A stretch of 29,171 nt of DNA from an uncultured Pseudomonadota bacterium (GCA_913020725.1 CAJWCD010000029.1:1-29171), one strand, 5' to 3'. Counted from the stretch's first letter, positions 18,041 through 27,246 are shown. Program-made: numbers and translations. Notes: generated by a model from the sequence alone, not told the origin.

Positions 18041-19438
18041 TCAGGGGATTGTCCGGATCTGCATCGAGTTGACATAACCCTCGCCGGTGAAGATATCTGC
18101 AAACACCAGCACTTGCTCTCCAGTTTGAAAATCCTCTTCGTCCTTGAGGCGCTGGAGGGCATTCGGGATGTTGACTTCTGGATCATTTGAAAAATCATCG
18201 AGCAAGAAAGGGGACACTCCCCGGTTGAAGACCATGCTCCGATAGACATCCTCGTGGTTCGTGAAAGCGTAGATGCCGATGTTGCGAGGTCGCCAGTTGG
18301 CAAGGTACATCGCGCCGCGTCCGTAGCGGGTGATGGAAACGATCCCCTTCATTTTAAGTTCCGCAGCGATAGTGGTTGCGGCTTGGGCGAGATGCTGGCG
18401 GTTGCTCGTTTTCTGCTGTTTCTCGGTGAAGCGCACCCCCGGAAATTCTTCGGTGCGGCGTGCCACACGCACCAGCATTTCCACGCAGCGTAACGGATAC
18501 TTGCCCATGGAAGTCTCTCCAGAGAGCATGACCGCGTCCGCCTGTTCATAAACCGCGTTGGCGATGTCTGAGACCTCAGCACGAGTAGGCACGGGATTCT
18601 CGATCATCGACTCTAGAAGTTGGGTCGCGACGATGAGGCGTTTGCCGCGGGTGGCACAGAGGTAGGCGATGCGACGCTGAATCTGTGGGACTTCCTCCAT
18701 GTCCACCTCAATGCCGAGATCGCCGCGAGCGACCATGATGCCATCGGCCTCGGCGACGATTTCTTCCAAGTGATCCACGCCCTCTTGGTTTTCGATTTTG
18801 GCGATGAGCTTGATCCGTTTGCCGCGCTGGCCCAGCAGGTCACGCACCTCCCGAATCCCTGCCGCACTGCGGACAAAGGAAAGGGCGATGCCGTCCACAT
18901 CCTGCTCCAACCCGAAGAGGATGTCCTCGCGGTCGCGCTCGGTGATGGAGGGAAGCTTGACCGCGATTCCAGGCAGGTTGACATGGCGGCGGGCACCAAG
19001 GGTTCCAGGGTCCAGCACTTTGCATTGCAAGGCAGTGCCATCTTTTTCCAGCACCCGGAGTGTCACCAAACCACTGTCCACAACGATGCTGCCACCCACC
19101 TCGACTTGTTCCGCAAGGTGGGCGTACTTGATGAACAGCTCGCCCTCGCGCTCCTCTTCCGGGGGGGTGGTGACGCGAATCTGATCTCCTGCGACAAGCT
19201 CGAGCCCCAATTCTCCTGTGCGGATTTCCGGGCCTCGTGTATCGAGCAGTAGAGCGGTTGGAAAGCGCCGCTGTGTGTTTAGTTTCCGGATGTGTGCGAT
19301 GATGCGACCGTGCGACTCGTGAGTGCCATGGGAGAAGTTGAGACGGGCGATGTTCATGCCGGCGTCCGCGAGTTGTGCGAGCATTTCCGGAGAGTCGCAG
19401 GCGGGTCCAATGGTGCAGATGATTTTGGTGCTAAGCAT
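18041..19438 (-). CDS. pyk: Pyruvate kinase
   Basis: TKIICTIGPA, ARLNFSHG, LDTRGPEIRTG, IAKIEN, DGIMVARGDLG, ATQLLESMI, PTRAEVSD, DAVMLSGET. Start at ATG 19438; the track's upstream extension is unlikely. Confidence 0.97.
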   Translation of the reverse strand: MLSTKIICTIGPACDSPEMLAQLADAGMNIARLNFSHGTHESHGRIIAHIRKLNTQRRFPTALLLDTRGPEIRTGELGLELVAGDQIRVTTPPEEEREGELFIKYAHLAEQVEVGGSIVVDSGLVTLRVLEKDGTALQCKVLDPGTLGARRHVNLPGIAVKLPSITERDREDILFGLEQDVDGIALSFVRSAAGIREVRDLLGQRGKRIKLIAKIENQEGVDHLEEIVAEADGIMVARGDLGIEVDMEEVPQIQRRIAYLCATRGKRLIVATQLLESMIENPVPTRAEVSDIANAVYEQADAVMLSGETSMGKYPLRCVEMLVRVARRTEEFPGVRFTEKQQKTSNRQHLAQAATTIAAELKMKGIVSITRYGRGAMYLANWRPRNIGIYAFTNHEDVYRSMVFNRGVSPFLLDDFSNDPEVNIPNALQRLKDEEDFQTGEQVLVFADIFTGEGYVNSMQIRTIP

Positions 19439-19550
19439 GGTCCATAAAATTTCGTATAGAACGCACCACCTCAGTGATGCTATGGTGTTTGGATGACAAA
19501 GATTCTTCAGCTTACGGTTTCTTGTCGCAAACCACACGCCGATTCACGAC

Positions 19551-20192
19551 ATGACCGCACACAACTCTGATCCTTGGAAAAGTGACGAACGTTCCCCGTT
19601 CCTTGAATCCGAAGCAGCTCCGGACCCCATCCAGCAATTTCAGGCATGGTTCGCCCACGCCCGTCAGTCTGGGATCAAAGAACCGACGGCGATGACTTTG
19701 GCGACCGTGACCCCGGAGGGGAGACCTTCAGCGCGAGTGGTGTTGCTCAAGGATGTGGGAGTACACGGATTCACCTTCTTCACCAATTACCAGAGCCGTA
19801 AGGGACAGGAACTTGCGGAGAACGCCTTCGCGACCCTCGTGTTCTGGTGGGATGTGCCCCATCGCCAAGTGCGGGTGGAGGGCACCGTGGAGAAAGTCTC
19901 TGTGGAGGAATCGGACACCTATTTCCAGACCCGACCACGGGGCAGCCAACTCGGAGCGCGGGCTTCTGCGCAAAGTGAAGTCGCTCCGGATCGCAAAACA
20001 CTGGAAGCCCAGATGCACGCAGAAATCGCTAGTTACGAAGGACAGGAGGTGCCGCGACCCCCGTATTGGGGCGGCTACTGCGTGACCCCGGACGCCATCG
20101 AATTCTGGCAGGGTCGTCCTGATCGTCTGCACGACCGACTGCGCTATGTCCGGGTTGCTGAAGGCTGGCGCATCGAGCGGCTGGCGCCGTGA
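19551..20192 (+). CDS. pdxH: Pyridoxine/pyridoxamine 5'-phosphate oxidase
   Basis: AMTLAT, PSARVVLLK, FFTNYQSRKG, RQVRVEG, YFQTRPRGSQLGA, EFWQGRPDRLHDR. Confidence 0.96.
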   Translation: MTAHNSDPWKSDERSPFLESEAAPDPIQQFQAWFAHARQSGIKEPTAMTLATVTPEGRPSARVVLLKDVGVHGFTFFTNYQSRKGQELAENAFATLVFWWDVPHRQVRVEGTVEKVSVEESDTYFQTRPRGSQLGARASAQSEVAPDRKTLEAQMHAEIASYEGQEVPRPPYWGGYCVTPDAIEFWQGRPDRLHDRLRYVRVAEGWRIERLAP

Positions 20193-20193
20193 T

Positions 20194-20649
20194 TCAGCCG
20201 ACGATGTAGGTTCCGGTGCCGACGGCGATGAGCGTTTCTTCGTCGTTGTGCAGTTCCATGCGCGTGACTGTGACTTTGTTGCCCGTGCGCAGCACATTCG
20301 AAGTCGCACGGAAATGCTTTCCCAATCCGGGACGCAGGTAGTCCACGCGCATGTCGATGGTGCCAATCTTCGCAAGTCGCTTGGCAGTTTCCTCAAACGG
20401 TTCACCCTGCGATTTTTTCAACAACCCCATCCACGCGCTCATTCCACCCGCGACATCTAGCACAGCCGCAATCACCCCCCCGTGCAGCATTCCACGAGTG
20501 AAGTTGCCCACGAGTTCCGGACGATGTTCAAAACGGATGGCGAAATGCTCAAAATCGAGGGTGTCCACTTGGATACCCAGCACTTTGTTGAACGGGATAA
20601 GCTGCTCGGCAATCTCGTGCATCTTCTCTAGGAGTTGTTCGCTGGGCAT
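20194..20649 (-). CDS. Hotdog-fold thioesterase (PaaI/YigI-like)
   Basis: PFNKVLG, LVGN...LHGGVIAAVLDVAGG, TIDMRVDYLRPG, GTGTYIVG. Confidence 0.92.
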   Translation of the reverse strand: MPSEQLLEKMHEIAEQLIPFNKVLGIQVDTLDFEHFAIRFEHRPELVGNFTRGMLHGGVIAAVLDVAGGMSAWMGLLKKSQGEPFEETAKRLAKIGTIDMRVDYLRPGLGKHFRATSNVLRTGNKVTVTRMELHNDEETLIAVGTGTYIVG

Positions 20650-21374
20650 CAGAAGCTAAGGTCGGAGTTGAGAAGCAATCCGCTGATCAGCCCGATCAAA
20701 CCGCCAAACACGCCTCCCCAGACCACGAGCCAACCGAGGTGTTCGTCAATCATGCGTTGCACGATCTCTTTGACCATTTGTGGAGTCAATTCATCGAGCC
20801 GCCGTTGCACGAGCGTTCCCACCTGATCGAGGATTCCAGAATCTCCTGTGATCCTCGCCTTCAAAGCCTTGCGGACTGATGCTTGGTTAGCGAGTTTGCC
20901 GATTTGGTTGTGGAGTGTTTCAAGGATCGGCTTCCGGAGGGATTCGAGCGCGCTCCGGCCTCCGATCATCGCGATCATCGGGCCAAAGTTGGATTCCTCA
21001 ATCGTCGTGACAAGGGAGTCAAAGGACGGACCAAGATCCACCGCCTCCAACACGGGTGTGAGGTCGAAGCCTGTTTCGTCGTTGGCGAACAGCCGTTCGA
21101 TGTGTTCTGGTGCAAAGAATTGCGTCATCACCATGTCGTGGATACCGAGCTTGAATTCTTCGAAATGCTCCGGGATCACCCCTGATCCGTATAGTCCGGG
21201 CACCTTCTCGAAGAGCATGTAGATGGCGAGCCAGTTGGTGAGGGCTCCGGAAAACGCAAACAGTCCGGTGAAGAACACAGGGTTATGCCACGGCTCCGCG
21301 AGTTGCCAGCCCGCCGCCGCAACAACGAGGGCGATCAGGTTGGTGCCGAGCCGCTTGTTAAAAAGGGAGTCCAT
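20649..21374 (-). CDS. DUF445-like membrane protein
   Basis: GLFAFSGALTNWLAIYMLFEKVPGLYGSGVIP and C-terminal HLGWLVVWGGVFGGLIG; stop overlaps the thioesterase start. Confidence 0.85.
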   Translation of the reverse strand: MDSLFNKRLGTNLIALVVAAAGWQLAEPWHNPVFFTGLFAFSGALTNWLAIYMLFEKVPGLYGSGVIPEHFEEFKLGIHDMVMTQFFAPEHIERLFANDETGFDLTPVLEAVDLGPSFDSLVTTIEESNFGPMIAMIGGRSALESLRKPILETLHNQIGKLANQASVRKALKARITGDSGILDQVGTLVQRRLDELTPQMVKEIVQRMIDEHLGWLVVWGGVFGGLIGLISGLLLNSDLSF

Positions 21375-21550
21375 TTACAACCAGCAGAGAATGAAAATCA
21401 AACATAACAGCATGGCAATTCCAGGAATACAGGACAAGACGAAGCCATCCAGCGGCTGGCCACGCTCGCTGGTGAACGGTGTCCTTTACACCAGCCAATG
21501 GCTGCGTTAGCCTGTTCCAGAAACAATGCAACAAAATGGAGAATCGCATT

Positions 21551-23857
21551 ATGGATGGAGTGGTAGCAAGTGAACTGGTTGGAGCCGCGTGGCCTGCGGT
21601 GCAGCCCGGAAGCGATCCCGTGCTGTACGGTCATGTCTCGCTGGACCCCGTTGGTGCGTTCGAGGCCCGCAGCCTTCAGACCTTCCGGCTGGTGTACACG
21701 GTGGGCCGCTACGGGATTGATGACACCGGCAGCATCCGTGTGGTCTTCCGCTTCATGGGAGACTGGGGGGCGTTTCAAACCAACAATCCCAGCGGTTACA
21801 ACTACGTCACAGCCGATGCGAGTACAGGAGCGCGGTTGTCCCTGAACTACGCCAACACTGGACATCAGCGTCCGTGGTTCAAATCCCTCACCGTTAGTCT
21901 GCACGGCGGCTATCTTAGCGAGGGGGACACAATCACCATCGTTTTTGGCGACACCTCACAGGGGTCTCCGGGCATGAAGATGCAGACCTTCTGCGAACCG
22001 GGATTCGAATTCAAAGTGCTGGCGGATGTCTGCGCGGTCGGGCACTACTATCCCCTTGCTGAAACACCCCATATTGCCATTGTACCCGGAGAAGTGCATG
22101 ATTGGAAAGCGGTGCTGCCATCTCTGCGACTTCCCGGAGAGGTATTCCGGTTCGGACTCAAAGCAGAGGACAAGTGGGGAAATCCGACCGATCAAGCCTC
22201 CGCATGTTTCCTGCTCCGCAGCAGTCATCCGGTAAATGGTTTGCCGGAAACCCTCGATTATCCGCTCGGCGAAAAATCGATTATCCTTGATGATCTTTCG
22301 ATGGAGGAACCCGGAATTTTACGGATACAGGTTTTAGACGAATCCGGAAGGTGCGTGTCCGAAGCAGGACCACTGTTGATCCGGGATGGTGAATTTTCAG
22401 GTTACTGGGGCGATCTGCACGGACAGAGCGGCGAATCGATCGGACTCACCACCTCGCGGGATTATTTTGAATTTGCGCGCAACAAATCCTTTCTGGATGT
22501 CACCGGCCACCAGGCCAACGATTTTCAAGTCAACAATGCCTTCTGGAAATACCTCAACGAACTCACCGCGGAATTTCACGAAGACGGTCGTTTTGTCGTT
22601 TTTCCGGGATACGAATGGTCGGGCAACACGGCGGTTGGCGGCGACCGTAACGTCTTTTTCCGGACTGAAGGCCGCCAGATTCGGCGTTCATCGCACGCCT
22701 TGTTGGAGGATCGCTCAGACCTTGACACTGATGCGTCCTCAGCAGCCCAGCTTTTTGAAGATTTGCAGGGAGAGGACTGTGTGGTGTACGCGCATGTTGG
22801 AGGACGCTATGCCGACATCATGCAGGCGCACGATTCCCGGCTGGAAACCGCAATGGAAATCCATTCGGCGTGGGGTACCTTTGAGTGGATGCTGACCGAC
22901 GGCTTTCCCCTCGGTCATCGTTCGGGAGTGGTGTGCAACAGCGACGGACACAAGGGTCGACCCGGAGCCAGTTATCCGGGGGCCTCAACCTTTGGAGCCT
23001 ACGGCGGGTTGACCTGCTTCCTCACCAAAGACCTGACGCGGGACGGCATTTTCGAGTGTCTGCGGCGACGGCATCACTATGGCACCACCGGCTGCCGGAT
23101 GCACATGGAAGTGGCAGTTCAGTTTGACGAAGACGCAACGGTTTTCGAGCGCGACCCCAACGCCTTTCCTGACACCAAGCGGTCAGCCTCCCGCGAGGTG
23201 ATGATGGGCGACATCGTGCAAAGCTCCGCCAGCGAAGCCACGCTCAAGCTCAACGTCCTCGCCCATTCGCCCATCGAGCGCATTGAAATCCGCAACGGCA
23301 CAGAGGTGCTGGAAACCTTCCGGCCCTACGCCGCCACCGATTTGGGAAATCGCATCCGCGTGATCTGGAGTGGGGCCGAGTATCGTGGACGCGGGCGTCA
23401 GAGCACTTGGACTGGACGGGCGGTTTTCAAAGGATGCCGCATCGAACGCTTGGCCAAGATCAACGCTTGGAACCATGAGCGGCGACTGGAACGGTGTAGC
23501 CGAGACACCGTGGAGTGGGACGCGATCACTACGGGGAATTTCGGCGGCTTCGATGTGTGGCTGGAAGAGGGTGCAGCAGCCGAGTTGGACGTAACCACCA
23601 ATCGCGGAGCCATCCGGAAACCGCTGGAAACCATTGGACTGGAAGACACCGTGCTGGAAGCAGGTGGGCTGGAGCGGCGGCTCCGTGTATTCCGGCTCCC
23701 AGAGGAAAACCCGCACCGCGAAGTGGAACATCAACTTCGAATTTCCCTCAAGCCGGAAGGAGACAACCCGCTCTGGATTTGCGTGACCAGCGAGGACGGT
23801 TTTCAGGCGTGGAGCAGTCCGGTGTTTGTGTATCGGAAGCCTTTCGAAGCCTTATGA
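21551..23857 (+). CDS. DUF3604-type PHP-fold metallohydrolase
   Basis: WGDLHGQSGES, HQANDF, PGYEWSG, GDRNV, AHVGG, EIHSAWG, NSDGHKGRPG, LTRDGIFECLRRRHHYGTTG, AWSSPVF. Start at ATG 21551 (GGAGA RBS) or ATG 21536. Confidence 0.8.
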   Translation: MDGVVASELVGAAWPAVQPGSDPVLYGHVSLDPVGAFEARSLQTFRLVYTVGRYGIDDTGSIRVVFRFMGDWGAFQTNNPSGYNYVTADASTGARLSLNYANTGHQRPWFKSLTVSLHGGYLSEGDTITIVFGDTSQGSPGMKMQTFCEPGFEFKVLADVCAVGHYYPLAETPHIAIVPGEVHDWKAVLPSLRLPGEVFRFGLKAEDKWGNPTDQASACFLLRSSHPVNGLPETLDYPLGEKSIILDDLSMEEPGILRIQVLDESGRCVSEAGPLLIRDGEFSGYWGDLHGQSGESIGLTTSRDYFEFARNKSFLDVTGHQANDFQVNNAFWKYLNELTAEFHEDGRFVVFPGYEWSGNTAVGGDRNVFFRTEGRQIRRSSHALLEDRSDLDTDASSAAQLFEDLQGEDCVVYAHVGGRYADIMQAHDSRLETAMEIHSAWGTFEWMLTDGFPLGHRSGVVCNSDGHKGRPGASYPGASTFGAYGGLTCFLTKDLTRDGIFECLRRRHHYGTTGCRMHMEVAVQFDEDATVFERDPNAFPDTKRSASREVMMGDIVQSSASEATLKLNVLAHSPIERIEIRNGTEVLETFRPYAATDLGNRIRVIWSGAEYRGRGRQSTWTGRAVFKGCRIERLAKINAWNHERRLERCSRDTVEWDAITTGNFGGFDVWLEEGAAAELDVTTNRGAIRKPLETIGLEDTVLEAGGLERRLRVFRLPEENPHREVEHQLRISLKPEGDNPLWICVTSEDGFQAWSSPVFVYRKPFEAL

Positions 23858-25008
23858 AAGCTCCACTTGAGGGTATCCGAGTCCTTGATCTGTCGCGGTT
23901 GGTTGCTGGAAATGTCTTGACCGCCCAGCTTGCCGATTTCGGTGCTGACGTGATAAAAATTGAGCGTCCAGGATGGGGTGACGACCTGCGGCACTGGCGG
24001 GATGAGGGCATTGAAACATGGTGGAAGGTTTACGGACGCAACAAGCGCAGCCTCTCGCTGAACCTCAAAGATGCGGAATCCTTGGCTCAACTGAAGGCGT
24101 TGATTCCCCTCAGTGATGTCCTTGTGGAGAACTTTGTTCCGGGAAAGCTGGAGGCGATGGGGCTGGGGGTTCCGGTACTGCACGGCCTCAACCCACGGTT
24201 GGTGATCGCCCGGGTCAGCGGCTGGGGGCAAACCGGGCCTTACGCGCACAAGCCTGGTTTCGGCACCTTGGTCGAGGCCATGTCCGGCTTTGCACACCTG
24301 AACGGGTTTGCTGACCGTGAACCGGTGCTGCCCCCACTGGCAATGGCCGACATGTATGCCGGGATTTACGGAGCTTTTGGAGTGCTGGCCGCTCTCCGCA
24401 ACGTCGAACACGGCGATGGCAAGGGGCAGGTTGTGGACGTGGCACTGTTTGAAAGCCTCTACTCCACGCTGGCCTCTGAGGCTGTCAAGCTTGAGGCCAC
24501 GGGTGCGTGCAGCATGCGGATGGGAAATCAGGCGGTCAACACCGCTCCGCGCAACGTGTACGCCTGTGCTGATGGACGCTATCTGGCACTGTCGGCCTCT
24601 GTGCAGTCCATGTTCGAACGCCTGGCACGAACCATTGGACGACCGGAGTTGATTGAGGACGAGCGCTTTGTGAGCAACGAGAACCGTGTGATAAACTGTG
24701 ACACACTCAATGCGATTCTGTCCGAGTATTTTGGGGCGAGGTCGCTGGACGAAAATCTGGAGTTGATGGACGCGGCAGGCGTGACGGTGGGGCCAGTGTT
24801 GTCCGCCGCAGACTTGGTCGGGCATCCCTATGCGGAAGGACGGGGATTGTTCACAAGAACCGAGGATGCCCAACTGGGCACCTGCCCCATTCCCAACCCA
24901 GTGCCGAGACTGTCCCGTACTCCGGGAGTGCGCCCTCGTCCAGCGCCACAGCAGGGTGAACACACTGAAGCCATTTTGCAACTGATCCGAACGAGCGATG
25001 AAACTTGA
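23854..25008 (+). CDS. Family III CoA-transferase (CaiB/BaiF)
   Basis: PLEGIRVLDLSRLVAG, DFGADVIKIE, RNKRSL, ENFVPG, SGWGQTGPY, the presumed catalytic Asp in LAMADMYAG, GQVVDVAL; ATGA overlap with the upstream stop. Confidence 0.95.
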   Translation: MKAPLEGIRVLDLSRLVAGNVLTAQLADFGADVIKIERPGWGDDLRHWRDEGIETWWKVYGRNKRSLSLNLKDAESLAQLKALIPLSDVLVENFVPGKLEAMGLGVPVLHGLNPRLVIARVSGWGQTGPYAHKPGFGTLVEAMSGFAHLNGFADREPVLPPLAMADMYAGIYGAFGVLAALRNVEHGDGKGQVVDVALFESLYSTLASEAVKLEATGACSMRMGNQAVNTAPRNVYACADGRYLALSASVQSMFERLARTIGRPELIEDERFVSNENRVINCDTLNAILSEYFGARSLDENLELMDAAGVTVGPVLSAADLVGHPYAEGRGLFTRTEDAQLGTCPIPNPVPRLSRTPGVRPRPAPQQGEHTEAILQLIRTSDET

Positions 25009-25876
25009 TCCTGACTTGTGCCGGTCGCTCCTGTTTGTCCCGGCAGGCAACGAGCGCTTTTTAAGCAGTGCCCTGCGGGGAGGTGCGGATGTCATCCAAC
25101 TCGATCTTGAGGATGCCATCGCCCCCGGCCAGAAACAGGCCGCCCGCCGGCACGCCCGTACAGAATTGGAGCAGGTTGCGGCGGCGGGCCGTGCTGTTTC
25201 GGTGCGGGTGAACGTAGAAATCGCGTTGCTCTCTGACGATTTGGACGCGGTGGTGCGCCCAGGGTTGTCCGCTCTAACTATTCCCAAGGTGGAGACTGTC
25301 GAGATGCTGGAGGCCATTGACCAGCAGGTCACCAAGCTGGAGGCCGAAGGCGGGATGTCCAGTGGCGAGGTCCAACTGATCGCGCAGATTGAATCGGCGA
25401 AAGGCGTTCTGAATGTGCGTGAGATCGCACATGCCACTCCCCGGTTGGTGGCCTTGGGCATTGGCATGGAGGATTTGATCGCCGATGTCGGGGGCACGGT
25501 CGGCCCGGATGCCCTCTACTTTCCGGCGATGCAGTCGTTGTACGCCGCCCGAGAGGCCGGGTTGACCCCAATCGGATACCTTGGCTCCATCACGGTGTAC
25601 AAGGACACCGAGCAGTTCCGGGAGTGGATTGTGCGGGCCAAGAACTTGGGGTTTGCCGGAGGCTTCTGCATTCATCCCAATCAGGTGGAAATCCTCAATG
25701 AAGCCTTCCGGCCAACACCGGACGAGGTCGCTGCCGCCCAAGCGGTTGTGGACGCAGCGGAACAACACGCCCAGGATGGCATCGGCGCTTTCTCCCACAA
25801 CGGGAAAATGGTGGATGCTCCTATCGTTGAACGGGCACAGCGCGTACTGCGCCTGCACGAGACCCATTCCCGTTGA
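24998..25876 (+). CDS. CitE/HpcH-HpaI family acyl-CoA lyase (citryl/malyl/citramalyl-CoA lyase-like)
   Basis: RSLLFVPA, DLEDAIAP, VRVN, PKVE, QIESAKG, GMED, CIHPNQV, GKMVDAP; overlaps the upstream gene. Confidence 0.93.
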   Translation: MKLDPDLCRSLLFVPAGNERFLSSALRGGADVIQLDLEDAIAPGQKQAARRHARTELEQVAAAGRAVSVRVNVEIALLSDDLDAVVRPGLSALTIPKVETVEMLEAIDQQVTKLEAEGGMSSGEVQLIAQIESAKGVLNVREIAHATPRLVALGIGMEDLIADVGGTVGPDALYFPAMQSLYAAREAGLTPIGYLGSITVYKDTEQFREWIVRAKNLGFAGGFCIHPNQVEILNEAFRPTPDEVAAAQAVVDAAEQHAQDGIGAFSHNGKMVDAPIVERAQRVLRLHETHSR

Positions 25877-25913
25877 GGGCTTGTTCGCTCCAGACGCCTT
25901 TTTCACCTCACCC

Positions 25914-26225
25914 TTGACCCTGAAGAAGCTGAAGCCAAGTATTGAGAAAATCGAGGTTTTTGTGCTGACCGGGCCGAATGAGCAGCGTCCCCATTGGGTG
26001 AGCCACTTCATCGTCCCTACCGCCAACGAACTGTTGGTGCGACTTCGCACCAACGAGGGGGTGGAGGGCTTTGGGCTGGCCACTTGCTACACGGACATCA
26101 AGCCAGTCCTCAAGGTGATTCAGTCTGGAATCACCGAAGTGATTGTGGGGCAAAACCCACTTGCACCCGAACACCTGTACCGCACGATCATGGACCTGAC
26201 CTCAAAGCGACTGGCTCACGAAAAA
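25914..26225 (+). pseudogene. Mandelate racemase/muconate lactonising enzyme family, N-terminal fragment only
   Basis: KPSIEKIEVFVL...ELLVRLRTNEGVEGFG...VIVGQNPLAPEHLY is the enolase-superfamily capping domain. The frame then runs into the antisense of the next gene with no AvDiAlWD motif or TIM barrel, and there is no clear ATG or RBS. Confidence 0.75.
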
Positions 26226-26238
26226 AGCTCATGCCGGG

Positions 26239-27246
26239 TCAGCTACAAAATGCCCGGATTTTATCCAACAGGGGTTCCGCCACGTCTACGCCTTCAGACT
26301 CGATGCGCTGACGGTTACTTTTGCGGCGGTCTCCGGGAAGCCGCGCCCCGTCCTGATTCCGGATGGCGGCAGTCAACGCTGCGATGCACTCGGCAAAAGC
26401 GGCTCCGGCGAAGGCATTGGGGTCGAGCGCAAGGAAGCACTGTCCGGTTTTTGGAGGCCCCCCGGTGGTGCCGGAAAACGGGCTCGCGTCTTTGCCGAGT
26501 GTTGCACCGCTGAGGGCTGCGGCCAGTACTTCCACCAGCAGTCCGGTGCCGAAGCCCTTGTAGCCACCGCTGGGGGCCATGCTGCCCTTGAGCGCAACTT
26601 CCGGATCGGCAGTGGGCTGCCCCTCGGAATCGAGTGCCCAGCCTTCCGGAATCGCGTGGCCCTCGCGGGCGCGCATCATGATCTCGCTTTTGGCCACCAC
26701 GCTCGCGCTCTGGTCCAGCACAAAGGCTGCGCCTCCGGAAGAATCCGGAACGGCGAGAGCAAAAGGATTGGTACCGATCACGGGGGTTTTGCCGCCCACA
26801 GGCGCGATCGATGCGGGTGCATTGGTGAAGCCGAGGCCGACCAGTCCGGACTCCGCAAGGCGTTCGACGTGATAGCCCAGTACCCCGCAGTTGTAGGAGT
26901 TGCGAATCGTCATTCCGGCACAGCCGTTCGCTTGGGCCAAGGGTTGCAGTTGCAGAAACCCGGCATCGATCGCCGGGTGCGCGAATCCGGTTTTGGCGTC
27001 CACCTGCAACGCCGAGGCACGGGACTGCGTGACCTCCGGAACTGCCGTGCCGTCCACCTTGCCGCAGCGCACATGCTCGCAGTAGGTGGGAACGTACATC
27101 AGGCCGTGGCTGCGGATGCCGTCACGCTCGGCGGCCCGCACGGCCCGGGCCAGCGATTGCGCGGATTCCGGGCAGGTACCCGCGCCCACCAGAGCGTCGG
27201 TCGCCAGTTGTTCCACGTCTTCCAAACTCAAATGCTGGATGTTCAT
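26239..27246 (-). CDS. Ldh_2 family oxidoreductase (malate/L-lactate/sulfolactate dehydrogenase, ComC-like)
   Basis: AERDGIRSHGL, VDAKTGFAHPA, IRNSYNCGVLG, FTNAPA, GTNPFA, DQSASVVAK, IPEGWALD, GGYKGFG, RLPGDR. Confidence 0.92.
   Translation of the reverse strand: MNIQHLSLEDVEQLATDALVGAGTCPESAQSLARAVRAAERDGIRSHGLMYVPTYCEHVRCGKVDGTAVPEVTQSRASALQVDAKTGFAHPAIDAGFLQLQPLAQANGCAGMTIRNSYNCGVLGYHVERLAESGLVGLGFTNAPASIAPVGGKTPVIGTNPFALAVPDSSGGAAFVLDQSASVVAKSEIMMRAREGHAIPEGWALDSEGQPTADPEVALKGSMAPSGGYKGFGTGLLVEVLAAALSGATLGKDASPFSGTTGGPPKTGQCFLALDPNAFAGAAFAECIAALTAAIRNQDGARLPGDRRKSNRQRIESEGVDVAEPLLDKIRAFCS

Noticed and set aside
19439..19537. N-terminal extension of pyruvate kinase in the ORF track
   Set aside because: Family homology begins at MLSTKII; the extension lies in the divergent promoter gap with pdxH.
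23803..25497. 564-aa minus-strand ORF
   Set aside because: Antisense to two well-supported genes; no motifs; long shadow ORFs are expected at this GC content.
25581..26513. 310-aa ORF as a single gene
   Set aside because: Only the middle (about 25914-26225) looks protein-like; the ends are off-frame overlap with the lyase and antisense of Ldh_2.
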